NCBI GenBank assembly: GCA_964549685.1
Contig: CAZJVE010000002.1
Coordinates: 64,001 to 128,000, forward strand
From: an uncultured archaeon
GTDB taxonomy: Archaea > Altiarchaeota > Altiarchaeia > IMC4 > QMZM01
Length of the DNA: 64,000 bases
Reading direction: 5' to 3'
Both the position numbers and the translations under genes were made by a program. Shown in pieces: positions 1-9,492 of this stretch (its first letter is position 1; every line of letters starts with the position of its first letter). The notes under the pieces are model-generated. The model worked only from the letters and a program-made list of their open reading frames with translations, had not been told where the DNA came from and made no database searches.

Positions 1-552
1 GGCCGCCTCCCGGTTCAGTATCCCCTCCTTGACGCCCATCGTAACCATAATTTCCAGCTCCTCTTCCGAGAGTTGCTTTTGTTCCCTTGAGCCAAGCAGC
101 CTCGAGGTGCCCTTGGATATCGCCTCAAAGGACCTGACAATCGGTGACAGGATATACGACAACAATTCGATGGGCCATGCAACCAGCAGAGATATACTCT
201 CGGCATTCTGGCTTGCAAACGTCTTCGGCGTTATTTCACCAAAAATCAGGATTAAAAAGGCCATAACCCCCGTCGCAATCCCCAAACCGCTTGAGCCGAA
301 CAAGCCGGTAAAGATTACTGTCGCAAGCGATGCCGCTGCGACATTGGCCAGGGTATTCCCTATAAGTATTGTTATTATAAGCCTGTGAGGGTTCTGCTTA
401 AGTCGATAAAGGGAATCGGAGCCCCACTTTTCCTGCTTGACCAGGGACTTGACCTTTATCATACTGACCGATATCACGGCAATCTCGACCCCCGAAAAAA
501 ACGCGGACAGCCCAATCAAGAAGAACAGGGCCAGTATCTGAATCTCCAGCAT
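1..552 (-). CDS. CNNM/DUF21 (CorB/hemolysin-family) membrane protein, N-terminal part; runs off the window edge
   Basis: Not in the ORF track. Manual minus-strand translation from ATG 552 gives MLEIQILALFFLIGLSAFFSGVEIAVIS...ILIGNTLANVAAASLAT...LIFGEITPKTFA...LSEEELEIMVTMGVKEGILNREAA, with DUF21 motifs (FFSGxE, LIGN, FGEITPK). Confidence 0.9.
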   Translation of the reverse strand, partial: MLEIQILALFFLIGLSAFFSGVEIAVISVSMIKVKSLVKQEKWGSDSLYRLKQNPHRLIITILIGNTLANVAAASLATVIFTGLFGSSGLGIATGVMAFLILIFGEITPKTFASQNAESISLLVAWPIELLSYILSPIVRSFEAISKGTSRLLGSREQKQLSEEELEIMVTMGVKEGILNREAA

Positions 553-630
553 TTGAATACCTCGTACCTATTAACTATATCACCTCCATATAATAAAATT
601 TAAACCCCCAATCGCAATCCTTACTCTAAA

Positions 631-2328
631 ATGTACGTTCTCGGCATATGGGACGGTCACGACGCCGGCGCTGCGATAGTCAAGGACAACAAGATTCTCG
701 TGGCAGTCAATGAAGAGAGGTTCACGAAGAAGAAGCTGGACATCGGCTTCCCTGAGAATTCCGTGAAGGAGTGCCTGAGATTCACGAACCTGAAGCCCAC
801 TCACATCCAGAAAATAGCCGTCACAACCACTGATTTTGCAAAGACCCTAACCCGGCTAGTTCCGGGCATGAAGGAGAAGTACTACCTCTTCCGGAGGAGG
901 AAGGTCTCCAAGCCGTCCCTGGACGAATCCAGGAGGCACTTCAAATACACAACAACGGAGATAAAGGAGCTCCCCCTCTGCAGGAAGCTGAGCAACATCT
1001 ACTTCAAGGGCCACCTGAACAGCATTGGCTTCAAGGACTATGAGATTCACTGGGTGGACCACCACGCTGCCCATGCGGCAGCTGCCTCCATCTGCAGCGG
1101 CTTCGACAAGGCCCTCGCCATAACCCTGGACGGAGTAGGAGACGCCCTCTCAGGCACGGTGAACATCTTTGAGGAGGGCGAGATAAAGAGAATATCATCC
1201 ATCCCCGCGAGGGACTCCTTTGGAATCTTCTACGAGCAGATAACCACCCTTCTTGGCATGAGAGAGCTTGAAGATGAAGGAAAGGTCATGGCCCTCGCGG
1301 ACTTCGCCTATAAAGTACCCGACGAAGAAAACAAGCTCATAGACTTCTTCGAGGTCGACGGCCTCCAGGTAAAATGCAAATACTCGACCATAGGGAAATA
1401 CTCCCGGCTTAAGAAGATTCTCTGGAACACCCCCCGCGAGGAGCTGGCCTTCATGGCCCAGCGGACTATAGAAAAGCACATAACCCAGCTCTTCACAAAC
1501 GCAATCGAGGAAACAGGGATAAAGAACGTCTGCTGGTCTGGGGGAATAGCCTCCAACATCAAGGTCAATCTCAAGGTAAGGCAGGAATCAGGGATGAAGG
1601 ACTGGTTCGTCTTCCCGCACATGGGCGACGGCGGCCTTGCCGCTGGCGCTGCCCTCTACCTTTCATTGCAGGAGACCGGGAAGCCCGCCAGGAGGCTCGA
1701 GAACGCCTACCTCGGCAACGAATTCTCCAATGAACAGATAGAGGAATCCCTCAGGAAATACAAGGATAAGATAAGATTCGAATACAGGGAGGACATAGCA
1801 AAATACTCCGGCGAATACCTTGCTGACGGAAATTTCATGCTATGGTACCAGGGCAGAATGGAGTTCGGCCCAAGAGCCCTGGGCAACCGCTCCATAATCG
1901 CCCCCGCATCTCCCATAGAAATCAAGGACAAGCTGAACCTCCAGATAAAGAAACGCTCCTGGTTCCAGCCTTTCTGTCCCTCTCTCCTGGAGGAGCATGC
2001 CAAGAAGATATTCTCCGACGCAGATTCATACGACCGTCTCATGACCATGGGCTACTGGACAAGGCCCGAAATAAGGGACAAGGTCATCTCCGTAATCAAC
2101 GTTGATGGCTCTGCAAGGCCGCAGATGCTGGGCGACGAGAACCCCCGGTTCAGACAGCTCCTGAAAACCGTAGCCAAGAAGACCGGCCTCGGTGTCATCC
2201 TGAACACCAGCTTCAACCTGCACGGCTATCCGATAGTGTGCACTCCTGAAGATGCCGTTGACATGATGCTGAATTCAAAGGCCCCTACAATGGCCGTCGG
2301 CAACTTCCTGATAGAGCTTAAGAAGTAA
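631..2328 (+). CDS. Carbamoyltransferase, NodU/CmcH family
   Basis: HDAGAA, EERF, HHAAHAA, LDGVGD, EGKVMALA, GRMEFGPRALGNRS and LNTSFNLHGYPIV motifs. Confidence 0.93.
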   Translation: MYVLGIWDGHDAGAAIVKDNKILVAVNEERFTKKKLDIGFPENSVKECLRFTNLKPTHIQKIAVTTTDFAKTLTRLVPGMKEKYYLFRRRKVSKPSLDESRRHFKYTTTEIKELPLCRKLSNIYFKGHLNSIGFKDYEIHWVDHHAAHAAAASICSGFDKALAITLDGVGDALSGTVNIFEEGEIKRISSIPARDSFGIFYEQITTLLGMRELEDEGKVMALADFAYKVPDEENKLIDFFEVDGLQVKCKYSTIGKYSRLKKILWNTPREELAFMAQRTIEKHITQLFTNAIEETGIKNVCWSGGIASNIKVNLKVRQESGMKDWFVFPHMGDGGLAAGAALYLSLQETGKPARRLENAYLGNEFSNEQIEESLRKYKDKIRFEYREDIAKYSGEYLADGNFMLWYQGRMEFGPRALGNRSIIAPASPIEIKDKLNLQIKKRSWFQPFCPSLLEEHAKKIFSDADSYDRLMTMGYWTRPEIRDKVISVINVDGSARPQMLGDENPRFRQLLKTVAKKTGLGVILNTSFNLHGYPIVCTPEDAVDMMLNSKAPTMAVGNFLIELKK

Positions 2329-2329
2329 A

Positions 2330-4165
2330 ATGCGTTTTAAACCAGGCAAAATCCTGACGGGAATCCTGCCCCCGATAATAGCCGTAAACGTCTTCGCAAT
2401 CATCGCATACCTGGTTCTAAACTATAAAGACATCGGCATAACCTCTGCCAAACTCATGGAAATCCTGCCCTGCTTCTTCCTGGTGAATTTCATACTCATC
2501 CTGCTTCTCCTTGCGCTAAACGCCGGGAGATTCAGCCAGGAATTCAAGGGCATTAGCAACAGGACCTGGTTCCTGCTGATAGCTATAGTAATCCTGGGGT
2601 TCTTCCTTAGAGAGTTCGTCGTTGACCACACGCACAGGATATTCTTCGACGAGGACCTCTACTCTGGCATAGGGAACTCCATGGCCCGGGAATTCAGGGC
2701 CATAATGTGCAACTACGGAACGCCGACAGAATGCAGGGAGGGAATCCTCAACAAGGACCCCTCCGGATGGCCGTTCCTCCTTACGGTATTCTACTGGCTC
2801 CTCGGCTCCGCAGAAAAGATTGCCTTCGTCATCTCCGTACTTATCGCAACCATCTCCATAGCCCTTGTCTTCCTGGTAGTCTACATGCTCAGCAGGAACG
2901 AGACTGCAGGGCTCTATGCCTCGCTCCTATTCGCCCTTACCCCCGCCCATCTCATATGGTCCGGTTCTATTGCTACTGAGGTCCCGTTCGCATTCTTCTC
3001 CCTCCTGACAATCCTCGTATATCTCCTCTATTTCGAGAGCCACTCCCTGAAAGCCCACCTTCTCGGAGCAGTACTCCTTGCATATACTGTGCAAATAAGG
3101 CCCGAGGGCCTGATATTCATAGGCGCCATTGCCCTGATGTTCCTGCTCTTCGAGAGTAAACCCCTCAAAAAACTGTCCAGCTGGAGATTCTGGCTCCCCT
3201 GGATTTTACTCTTTGTCCTTCTCACCCCCCACCTCATGCAGATGTACTCGAACCGGGGAGGCAGCTGGGGCGCCCCCTCAGGAGAGAAGCTGGGCTGGAA
3301 ATACGTCGACGGAAACCTCACAAAGAACACGCTCTTCTGGTACAGCGGCGAGATGCATCCCCTGTTCTTCACGTTCCTTGCCATTCTTGGAGCAGTCTAC
3401 CTCCTCAGGGAGAAGAAGAACCTCCTGTTCAACCTCGTCTGGTTCTCCATCTTCTTTGTCCTGTTCGTATTCTTCTATGCTGGCAGTGTAGACAACGGCG
3501 GCATTGGCTTCAGGTTCGTCAACCTCTACTGTGCCCCTGTTGCAATCCTCGGCGGCTACGGCGCATTCATGCTGCACAAAATCCTTTCAAAGGGCCTTAG
3601 GTCCAAGAAGATAGCCACCGTCCTAATCATAGCCCTCATCTCAGTCTCATTCCTCTTCCTGTCCAATTTCCCGTACAAAAGCCTCGTCGATATGCTCGGC
3701 GACCCAAAGCCGGGAGTCAGGCACTTCCTTACGAATGAGAATCAATATCCTCCCGTAAAAGGCCCGATGAATCTGACCTACTCGAGAGTAGTCTCCTTCA
3801 TCCTTACCCCCGACAAGCAGGCCCAGTACGCAAGGGACATGCACGACATCCTCGTCATGCCCAACATGAACAAAATCGGCGACGACTGCTGGGTGATGAC
3901 TCATAACCCCAGCATTTTCCTGGTTGAGGGTAAGAATTCCATGCAGGCCTGGTTCGGAACAAATGACAAGGTAATGAACCGGCTCTTCAACGAAACCAAC
4001 TGCGTCATGTGGCTCGAGGGCGCATGGTGCGTCGTCTCGAAGCAGCACAGGGAAGGCACGTGCAAGAATATGCACAACAGATATAACCTCACGGTCATCG
4101 ACAGCTATACACGGCCCGAAAACACAAAGCAGGTCTTCAATCTGTACATGGTGAACAGAAAGTAG
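2330..4165 (+). CDS. GT-C fold (GT39/PMT/ArnT-like) multi-pass glycosyltransferase
   Basis: Many hydrophobic segments, an FFDEDLY acidic motif after an early TM helix and an IRPEG motif. Starts 1 nt after the carbamoyltransferase stop. Confidence 0.75.
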   Translation: MRFKPGKILTGILPPIIAVNVFAIIAYLVLNYKDIGITSAKLMEILPCFFLVNFILILLLLALNAGRFSQEFKGISNRTWFLLIAIVILGFFLREFVVDHTHRIFFDEDLYSGIGNSMAREFRAIMCNYGTPTECREGILNKDPSGWPFLLTVFYWLLGSAEKIAFVISVLIATISIALVFLVVYMLSRNETAGLYASLLFALTPAHLIWSGSIATEVPFAFFSLLTILVYLLYFESHSLKAHLLGAVLLAYTVQIRPEGLIFIGAIALMFLLFESKPLKKLSSWRFWLPWILLFVLLTPHLMQMYSNRGGSWGAPSGEKLGWKYVDGNLTKNTLFWYSGEMHPLFFTFLAILGAVYLLREKKNLLFNLVWFSIFFVLFVFFYAGSVDNGGIGFRFVNLYCAPVAILGGYGAFMLHKILSKGLRSKKIATVLIIALISVSFLFLSNFPYKSLVDMLGDPKPGVRHFLTNENQYPPVKGPMNLTYSRVVSFILTPDKQAQYARDMHDILVMPNMNKIGDDCWVMTHNPSIFLVEGKNSMQAWFGTNDKVMNRLFNETNCVMWLEGAWCVVSKQHREGTCKNMHNRYNLTVIDSYTRPENTKQVFNLYMVNRK

Positions 4166-5309
4166 ACAGGACGTGTCCTGCCCTCTTCTCCAGCATATCT
4201 ATGACCTCCTCATTACTCTCTCCTTCTGCAAATATGCTACATACCGGCTCATGGGCCCGGATTACCGAACCGTCGGGAGGAATATCCGCAACATCCGTCG
4301 CATTGGAAAGATTTACCCTGACCCTCCCCCCCGCAAAAACAATCCCCTTCCCGAAGCACTTATCAGAAGCGAATTCTATTCTTTCTAAATTTCCATTAAT
4401 CGCATTGATGTGCTTTTCCACCAGATTAATATTCCTGTACCTCTCGACGCACTCCATGGTGTCCTGAAGCCTCGGGTTTACCTCCATGAAGTACAGTCTA
4501 TCGCCTGACATGATATAATCTATCCCATTGGAACCAACCAGCCCCGCCCTCGATATTATCCTCTCCGAAACCCTGGCAATCTCATCATTCATCCCCGAAT
4601 CCAATGGCACAAGATTCCCGCAGTATGTAAATTCCTTCATCACGTTGAATTCCTTCACTCCAATAAGCTGCCTGTTCACCGATATAGCCCGGGAATTCTC
4701 CCCGTCGCAGAGAACGGACGAGCTCACCGGTATCCCCGCCACATATTCCTGCAGCAGCAGCTCCACCCCCTTCTCAAAGGCCCACGACATCCTCTCAACA
4801 TCCTCTCCCCCTCTGAGAAGATGCTGCCCCACTCCACCCCCTTCGTAGGGCGACTTCAGGACAGCGGGAAAACCAATCCTCTCCACGGCCCTCTCCAGCT
4901 CATCAACCGAACCAACGACAACAGTCTCGGGGAATTCCGCCTCACTCTTGGACAGTATCCTCTCCAGGCTCCCCCACCCCTTGACCCTCTCAACAGCCTT
5001 AGAACCATTCCCCAGAATCTCAAACTCCCTCTCCAGCTTTCTGAGAAGGTGTGCATTGCACCCCATTGCCGATGTCGGAATCACCGAATCCACCAGCCCT
5101 GAGAGCTTCTCAATGGCAAAATCAACCAGCGCCCCGGCGGAATACTCCCCTCCCAAATCAGGCTTCAGGGGATTCCGCTGCATGGAGAATACCCTCCCTC
5201 CCAGGTCAGTATCCGGGTAATAGCCCGCAAGACAGACCTCAAGCCCCGCTCTTCCTGCAGACTCTGCAACCGCCCTTGAATTCAGGCCGACCACGCCGAC
5301 TTTCTCCAT
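4137..5309 (-). CDS. ATP-grasp domain protein (archaeal carboligase-like; possibly C1-cofactor biosynthesis)
   Basis: GFPAVLKSPYEGGG, LLQEYVAG, GIDYI and FMEVNPRLQ ATP-grasp motifs. Confidence 0.8.
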   Translation of the reverse strand: MEKVGVVGLNSRAVAESAGRAGLEVCLAGYYPDTDLGGRVFSMQRNPLKPDLGGEYSAGALVDFAIEKLSGLVDSVIPTSAMGCNAHLLRKLEREFEILGNGSKAVERVKGWGSLERILSKSEAEFPETVVVGSVDELERAVERIGFPAVLKSPYEGGGVGQHLLRGGEDVERMSWAFEKGVELLLQEYVAGIPVSSSVLCDGENSRAISVNRQLIGVKEFNVMKEFTYCGNLVPLDSGMNDEIARVSERIISRAGLVGSNGIDYIMSGDRLYFMEVNPRLQDTMECVERYRNINLVEKHINAINGNLERIEFASDKCFGKGIVFAGGRVRVNLSNATDVADIPPDGSVIRAHEPVCSIFAEGESNEEVIDMLEKRAGHVLSTFCSPCTD

Positions 5310-5337
5310 GGCATATAATAATAGTGAAACCTAATTA

Positions 5338-5976
5338 ATGAGGATGAAAGACTGGGACAGGATTCACGAGGAGAAGTGGAGCAACGTCAACGAGGAGCCG
5401 GACCCCGAGGTCGTCAAGATGATACCCCTCCTCATGAGGAACGGCGTGAAGGACGTCCTCGACCTCGGCTCGGGAGCGGGAAGGAACACCCTGTACCTCG
5501 CAAAGAACGGCTTCAACGTATCGGCCCTTGACATATCCGAGGTTGCCCTGCAGCGCCTGAAGGAAAAGGACTCCTCCATCGAGCGGGTTCATGGCGGAAT
5601 GACCTCCATCCCGCTGGATGACAACTCCTTCGACTTCGTCCTGTGCACGAGAGTGATTCACCACGGCATAATGAACGACATAAGAGCAGCAGCCAACGAG
5701 ATAAAGAGAGTCCTCAGGCCCGGCGGGTTGGTCTTCATAGTAGTCCCCTCGACAAAGGACCCCGCCTACAAGACAGGCAGAGAAATCGAGAAGAACACAA
5801 AGGTCGACATAGACCGGCCGGACGGAGAGATGCCGCACCACTTCTTCACGAAGCAGGACTTCGATGAACTCTTCCCCGACTTCGAGACAGTCGCCCTCAC
5901 GGAGTACGACAGAATCAGCACCTTCAACGAGGAAAGGCAGACGTGCTCGTGGGACTATCTGGGGCGAAAAAAGTAG
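5338..5976 (+). CDS. Class I SAM-dependent methyltransferase
   Basis: VLDLGSGAGRN motif I, SFDFVL and RVLRPGG. Confidence 0.9.
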   Translation: MRMKDWDRIHEEKWSNVNEEPDPEVVKMIPLLMRNGVKDVLDLGSGAGRNTLYLAKNGFNVSALDISEVALQRLKEKDSSIERVHGGMTSIPLDDNSFDFVLCTRVIHHGIMNDIRAAANEIKRVLRPGGLVFIVVPSTKDPAYKTGREIEKNTKVDIDRPDGEMPHHFFTKQDFDELFPDFETVALTEYDRISTFNEERQTCSWDYLGRKK

Positions 5977-6036
5977 CTCTGCATAGCAAATAGCGGGTAT
6001 TTATAGAACAATGCACAGATTATAACGGTGTGATGG

Positions 6037-8553
6037 GTGAAAAAGTCTTCAATCCTTTTTATCTTGGTTTTGTTTGCATTGAGTGGTTCAGCAGACGTAC
6101 AAGGATATATGAGTAATTACACTCTTTATCCAACCATTGGCGGGTCTGCACTCACGCAGCTGACAGCAGGCCAGAATACCACATTCAACCTGACGGTCAA
6201 GGAGGGCTCGTCCATAAACGGCGGGAACCTGACTATCGACTATCTCAATGCAAGCAACTCACAGATTGGGGATACGATAAGCTATGGTGTCGTCAGCAAC
6301 ATGACTCCGGTGAATGTTCTGGTACATGAGAACGCATCCAAGACGACGCTTACCGTGTCAAACAGCACCGAATCTAAAGAGGGAAACATAACTATTGATG
6401 TTGTTCCTGCGACTACCACGACTTCTACCACAAGCACCTCAACGACCTCAACAAGCACCTCCACGACATCCACCACCACAACCCTACCCTCCGAAACCAC
6501 CTGCAACTCATGCTCCGACTGCAGCAGCAAGCTGGACGGCAGCTACGACAGGGTCTATCTCAATGCAACTATCTCGGAACAGAGCGGAAGCTGCATCACA
6601 TTCGGAGCCAGCAATGTGGAGCTCGACTGCCAGGGACGCCTAATTAATGGAACACATTCCGGTTCCGGGGTGTACATGTCTTCAAAAACAGGCAACACGG
6701 TCAAGAACTGCGTGGTTACTGACTTTGATTACGGGGTCCAGCTTTCTTATTCAGACAGCAACACCCTCATCAATAACACGGTAAAATACAACATATACAA
6801 CGGATTTAAAATTTACTATTCGGACAACAACGACATCAGCAACAATACCGCGAATAACAACTCGTATGGGATATACACGAATACGGCCGTCAGTAATACT
6901 CTTGATCAGAACTCGGTAAATGATAACCTCTATGGAATCTTTCTCTATTCTTCGTCCACCAACGCCATCACCAACAATAGTCTGGAGAGCAACCTATATG
7001 GAATCTATCTCTCTTCATCCAACAACAACACGGCGAATTCAAACCGGGCCTGCTCCAACACGCAATCGGACTTCTACATATACAGCAGCCTCGACAATAA
7101 CGGCAGCACAAATACCTGCGACGTCCCGGACGGCTGGTCTGACGAAGGGGTGGCGGGCTGTACATATGACTGCACCGGAGCAACCACGACAACAACGACC
7201 ACTGTTTCCACGACGAGTCTGTCCACGACAACTACCCTGCCTGAGACTACCTGCACCACGTGCTCTGACTGCAGCAACAAACTGAACGGCAGCTACTCGG
7301 CCGTGAGGCTCACGGCGTATATAAACGGCCAGTCCGGAACGTGCATTGAGTACAATGTCAGCAACGTGGAATTTGACTGCCAGGGCTATACGATTGACGG
7401 TGACGGCTCCGGTTATGGTAGCGGAATCTGGTTGTATGGCGCGTCCAATAACACAATCGAGAACTGCGTGATTACCGACTTTTACAGCGGCATAAACATC
7501 TCCGTTTCCTCCAACATCACCCTGACCAACAACACTGCAAACCTGAACGCGCTGGGTATTTATATGAAGAACTTCACCAACAGCACCCTTGACACGAACA
7601 CGGCCTGCAATAACACGGTCTTGGACCTTAACATCTCCGGGGGCAGCTCAGGGAACTCCGGCAGCGGGAACACATGCGACAATCCCGACGGCTGGAATGA
7701 TACGGGAACCACTGGCTGCACCACTTTGTGTACCGCAACCACGACAACCACCGTTTCCACCACGACGATTAACGTTACGACAACCACCTTACCTACTACC
7801 ACAACGATTAACGTCACGACCACTACCACTCTGCCCAACGTCACGACAACCACAACGATTAACGTCACAACCACTACCACCCTGCCTAACGTCACAACGA
7901 CTACTACAATTAACGTCACAACTACCACCCTGCCCAACGTTACTACAACTACTCTACCCAACGTTACAACGACCACTCTTACAACCACCACTCTACCCAA
8001 CGTTACAACAACAAGCACTACCTCAACAACTACAACCTTGTCGCCAACAACCCCCTCTGTAACTGCAACCCGGCTTCTTCCTGGCAGTGAGACTGCAGGC
8101 GGAAATCTCACGGTAACTGTCGTTGTTGACGTTAACGAATCCGACCTTCCCGACGCCCTGGGCATAGCTGAAAACGTCCCGGATAACTGGACGATGGTGG
8201 ATAGCGACTGCGGCGGCTTCTATTTCTCAGAGGAGAACCGGGTCGAGTTTCTCTTGAGTGCGCTGTCCCTCTGCACAATAGAGGACCAGAACATCACCTA
8301 TACTCTGCAGATACCCAATGATGCTCTTGGTAACTATACCTTTTCAGGAACGGTGGACTACGGCGGCGACGTAAACCCTGTCGTGGAAGGCGATGCTACA
8401 ATAATGATATCGCTCCTTACCGGCGACCTGAACGGTGACGGAATAGTCGAACTAGGGGAAGTCGTGGATATGATTAATGACTGGGTGAATGGAGAAGCAA
8501 CGCTGAGCGATGCGATAGACGCGATAACGAACTGGGCTTCGCAGGCGGGATAA
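6037..8553 (+). CDS. Secreted modular surface protein: two NosD/CASH beta-helix modules, Thr-rich linkers, an Ig-like domain and a C-terminal dockerin-like tail
   Basis: Signal peptide; (YGIYLxxSxNNTIxxN)n repeats bounded by CxSCSDC and NTCDxPDGW..GCT caps; ends TGDLNGDGIVELGEVVDMINDWVNGEATLSDAIDAITNW. Confidence 0.85.
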   Translation: MKKSSILFILVLFALSGSADVQGYMSNYTLYPTIGGSALTQLTAGQNTTFNLTVKEGSSINGGNLTIDYLNASNSQIGDTISYGVVSNMTPVNVLVHENASKTTLTVSNSTESKEGNITIDVVPATTTTSTTSTSTTSTSTSTTSTTTTLPSETTCNSCSDCSSKLDGSYDRVYLNATISEQSGSCITFGASNVELDCQGRLINGTHSGSGVYMSSKTGNTVKNCVVTDFDYGVQLSYSDSNTLINNTVKYNIYNGFKIYYSDNNDISNNTANNNSYGIYTNTAVSNTLDQNSVNDNLYGIFLYSSSTNAITNNSLESNLYGIYLSSSNNNTANSNRACSNTQSDFYIYSSLDNNGSTNTCDVPDGWSDEGVAGCTYDCTGATTTTTTTVSTTSLSTTTTLPETTCTTCSDCSNKLNGSYSAVRLTAYINGQSGTCIEYNVSNVEFDCQGYTIDGDGSGYGSGIWLYGASNNTIENCVITDFYSGINISVSSNITLTNNTANLNALGIYMKNFTNSTLDTNTACNNTVLDLNISGGSSGNSGSGNTCDNPDGWNDTGTTGCTTLCTATTTTTVSTTTINVTTTTLPTTTTINVTTTTTLPNVTTTTTINVTTTTTLPNVTTTTTINVTTTTLPNVTTTTLPNVTTTTLTTTTLPNVTTTSTTSTTTTLSPTTPSVTATRLLPGSETAGGNLTVTVVVDVNESDLPDALGIAENVPDNWTMVDSDCGGFYFSEENRVEFLLSALSLCTIEDQNITYTLQIPNDALGNYTFSGTVDYGGDVNPVVEGDATIMISLLTGDLNGDGIVELGEVVDMINDWVNGEATLSDAIDAITNWASQAG
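7735..8040 (+). repeat. Coding tandem repeat (TTTT-INV / TTTT-LPNV)n, mucin-like linker
   Basis: Repeated units such as acaacgattaacgtcac and ctgcccaacgt; translation repeats the NVT sequon. Confidence 0.85.
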
Positions 8554-8558
8554 AGAGA

Positions 8559-8701
8559 GTTCGCCGAGGTTGTGTTCTGAACGTCAGAACCTACGGTTCC
8601 GACACCTCCCTCGCTTATGGTGCGTTAAGTGGGGTCGAGCGATAGCGAGACCCCACAGACTCGCCCCGCGTGTGAACGGAGCGAGCCGTTCGCCGAGGTT
8701 G
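8559..8701. repeat. 14-bp direct repeat (gttcgccgaggttg, overlapping the tRNA-Ser 3' end) enclosing a 115-bp multi-hairpin element
   Basis: Identical 14-mer at 8559-8572 and 8688-8701. Internal inverted repeats gtcagaacc-tac-ggttccgac, gtggggtc...gaccccac and ctcgccccg...cggagcgag. Confidence 0.75.
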
Positions 8702-8777
8702 GGATTTGAACCCAAGCTTCCACAAGGGAAACGAGCTTTCCAGGCCCGCGCGTTAGTCCAAGCTCTGCCACCTCGGC
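8691..8777 (-). tRNA. tRNA-Ser(GGA)
   Basis: Reverse complement GCCGAGG...CGGGC-CT-GGA-AA-GCTCG, long variable arm, GGTTCAAATCC T-arm, CCTCGGC-G. CCA not encoded. Confidence 0.95.
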
Positions 8778-8819
8778 TTAGAATGAGTATATGGATATCT
8801 GATTCAGAACAGAAAAATG

Positions 8820-9491
8820 CTACTTCACTTTGTATCTCAGAACCAGAACACCATCCAGTTTCTTTTCGCTGATGAGCTCTAGATTTATCTCTTTTCCTTC
8901 CTGAAAGCCATCTCCGTCAGCCAGCGTTGGGGCGCTCTCCCCGCCGAATATTCTTGGTGCAACAGCGACATAGAGCTCATCCACCAGCCCTGCTTTGAGG
9001 AACTCGAAGTTTATCCTGGCTCCGCCCTCAATCATCAGCCTCCTGACTCCGAGAGAGCCGAGCATCGTGACGACGTCCTCCGGCCTTGGCCTTTTGCCGG
9101 GCAGGATGAATATTTCTGCCCTGTTCTTCAGCTCCTCTACCTTGGATGTGTCAGAGTCTTCAGAGGTGAATAGAATTATCTTGGACTTGCCGTGGCTCAT
9201 GAAATCCGAGTCCAGGTTCAGCCCGTCGATTGTGCCCATTGCAATCTTGATTGGGTTCTCGGGCAGGCCCTTCTTCACCCTCTCCTGCCTCAGCTTCTCC
9301 GACTTGACGGTGAGCTTGGGGTCGTCTCCGATTGCGGTATTCATCCCGACGAGGACCGCATCGGCCCCGGCCCTCAACTCATCGACCCTTTCCATATCGG
9401 CATCGTTGGAAATCTTAACCTGCCTTCTCTCTGTTGTCGAGATTTTCCCGTCCAGGGACATTGCGCAGTTTATGAAGACGAAGGGTTTCAT
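8820..9491 (-). CDS. 2,5-diamino-6-ribosylamino-4(3H)-pyrimidinone 5'-phosphate reductase (RibD C-terminal type)
   Basis: AMSLDGKI, DAVLVGMNT..DDPKLTV, LMIEGGA and LVDELYVAVAPRIFGG. Start reassigned to ATG 9491 (MKPFVFIN). Confidence 0.88.
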   Translation of the reverse strand: MKPFVFINCAMSLDGKISTTERRQVKISNDADMERVDELRAGADAVLVGMNTAIGDDPKLTVKSEKLRQERVKKGLPENPIKIAMGTIDGLNLDSDFMSHGKSKIILFTSEDSDTSKVEELKNRAEIFILPGKRPRPEDVVTMLGSLGVRRLMIEGGARINFEFLKAGLVDELYVAVAPRIFGGESAPTLADGDGFQEGKEINLELISEKKLDGVLVLRYKVK

Positions 9492-9492
9492 T

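Noticed and set aside
29-388. 119-aa plus-strand ORF and many similar antisense ORFs (e.g. 13731..14639, 23659..24669, 27795..28862, 34145..35188)
   Set aside because: They are shadow frames opposite well-supported genes.
7735-8040. Thr-codon repeats (also ~22440-22550 and 42510-42832) as a CRISPR array
   Set aside because: They are in-frame coding, degenerate at third positions, lack unique spacers, and there are no cas genes.
6037-8553. Hamus or S-layer structural subunit
   Set aside because: I cannot recognise hamus or S-layer sequence features; the architecture is beta-helix, Ig-like domain and dockerin-like tail.
8570-8872. 100-aa plus-strand ORF
   Set aside because: It overlaps tRNA-Ser and the hairpin element; no protein motifs.
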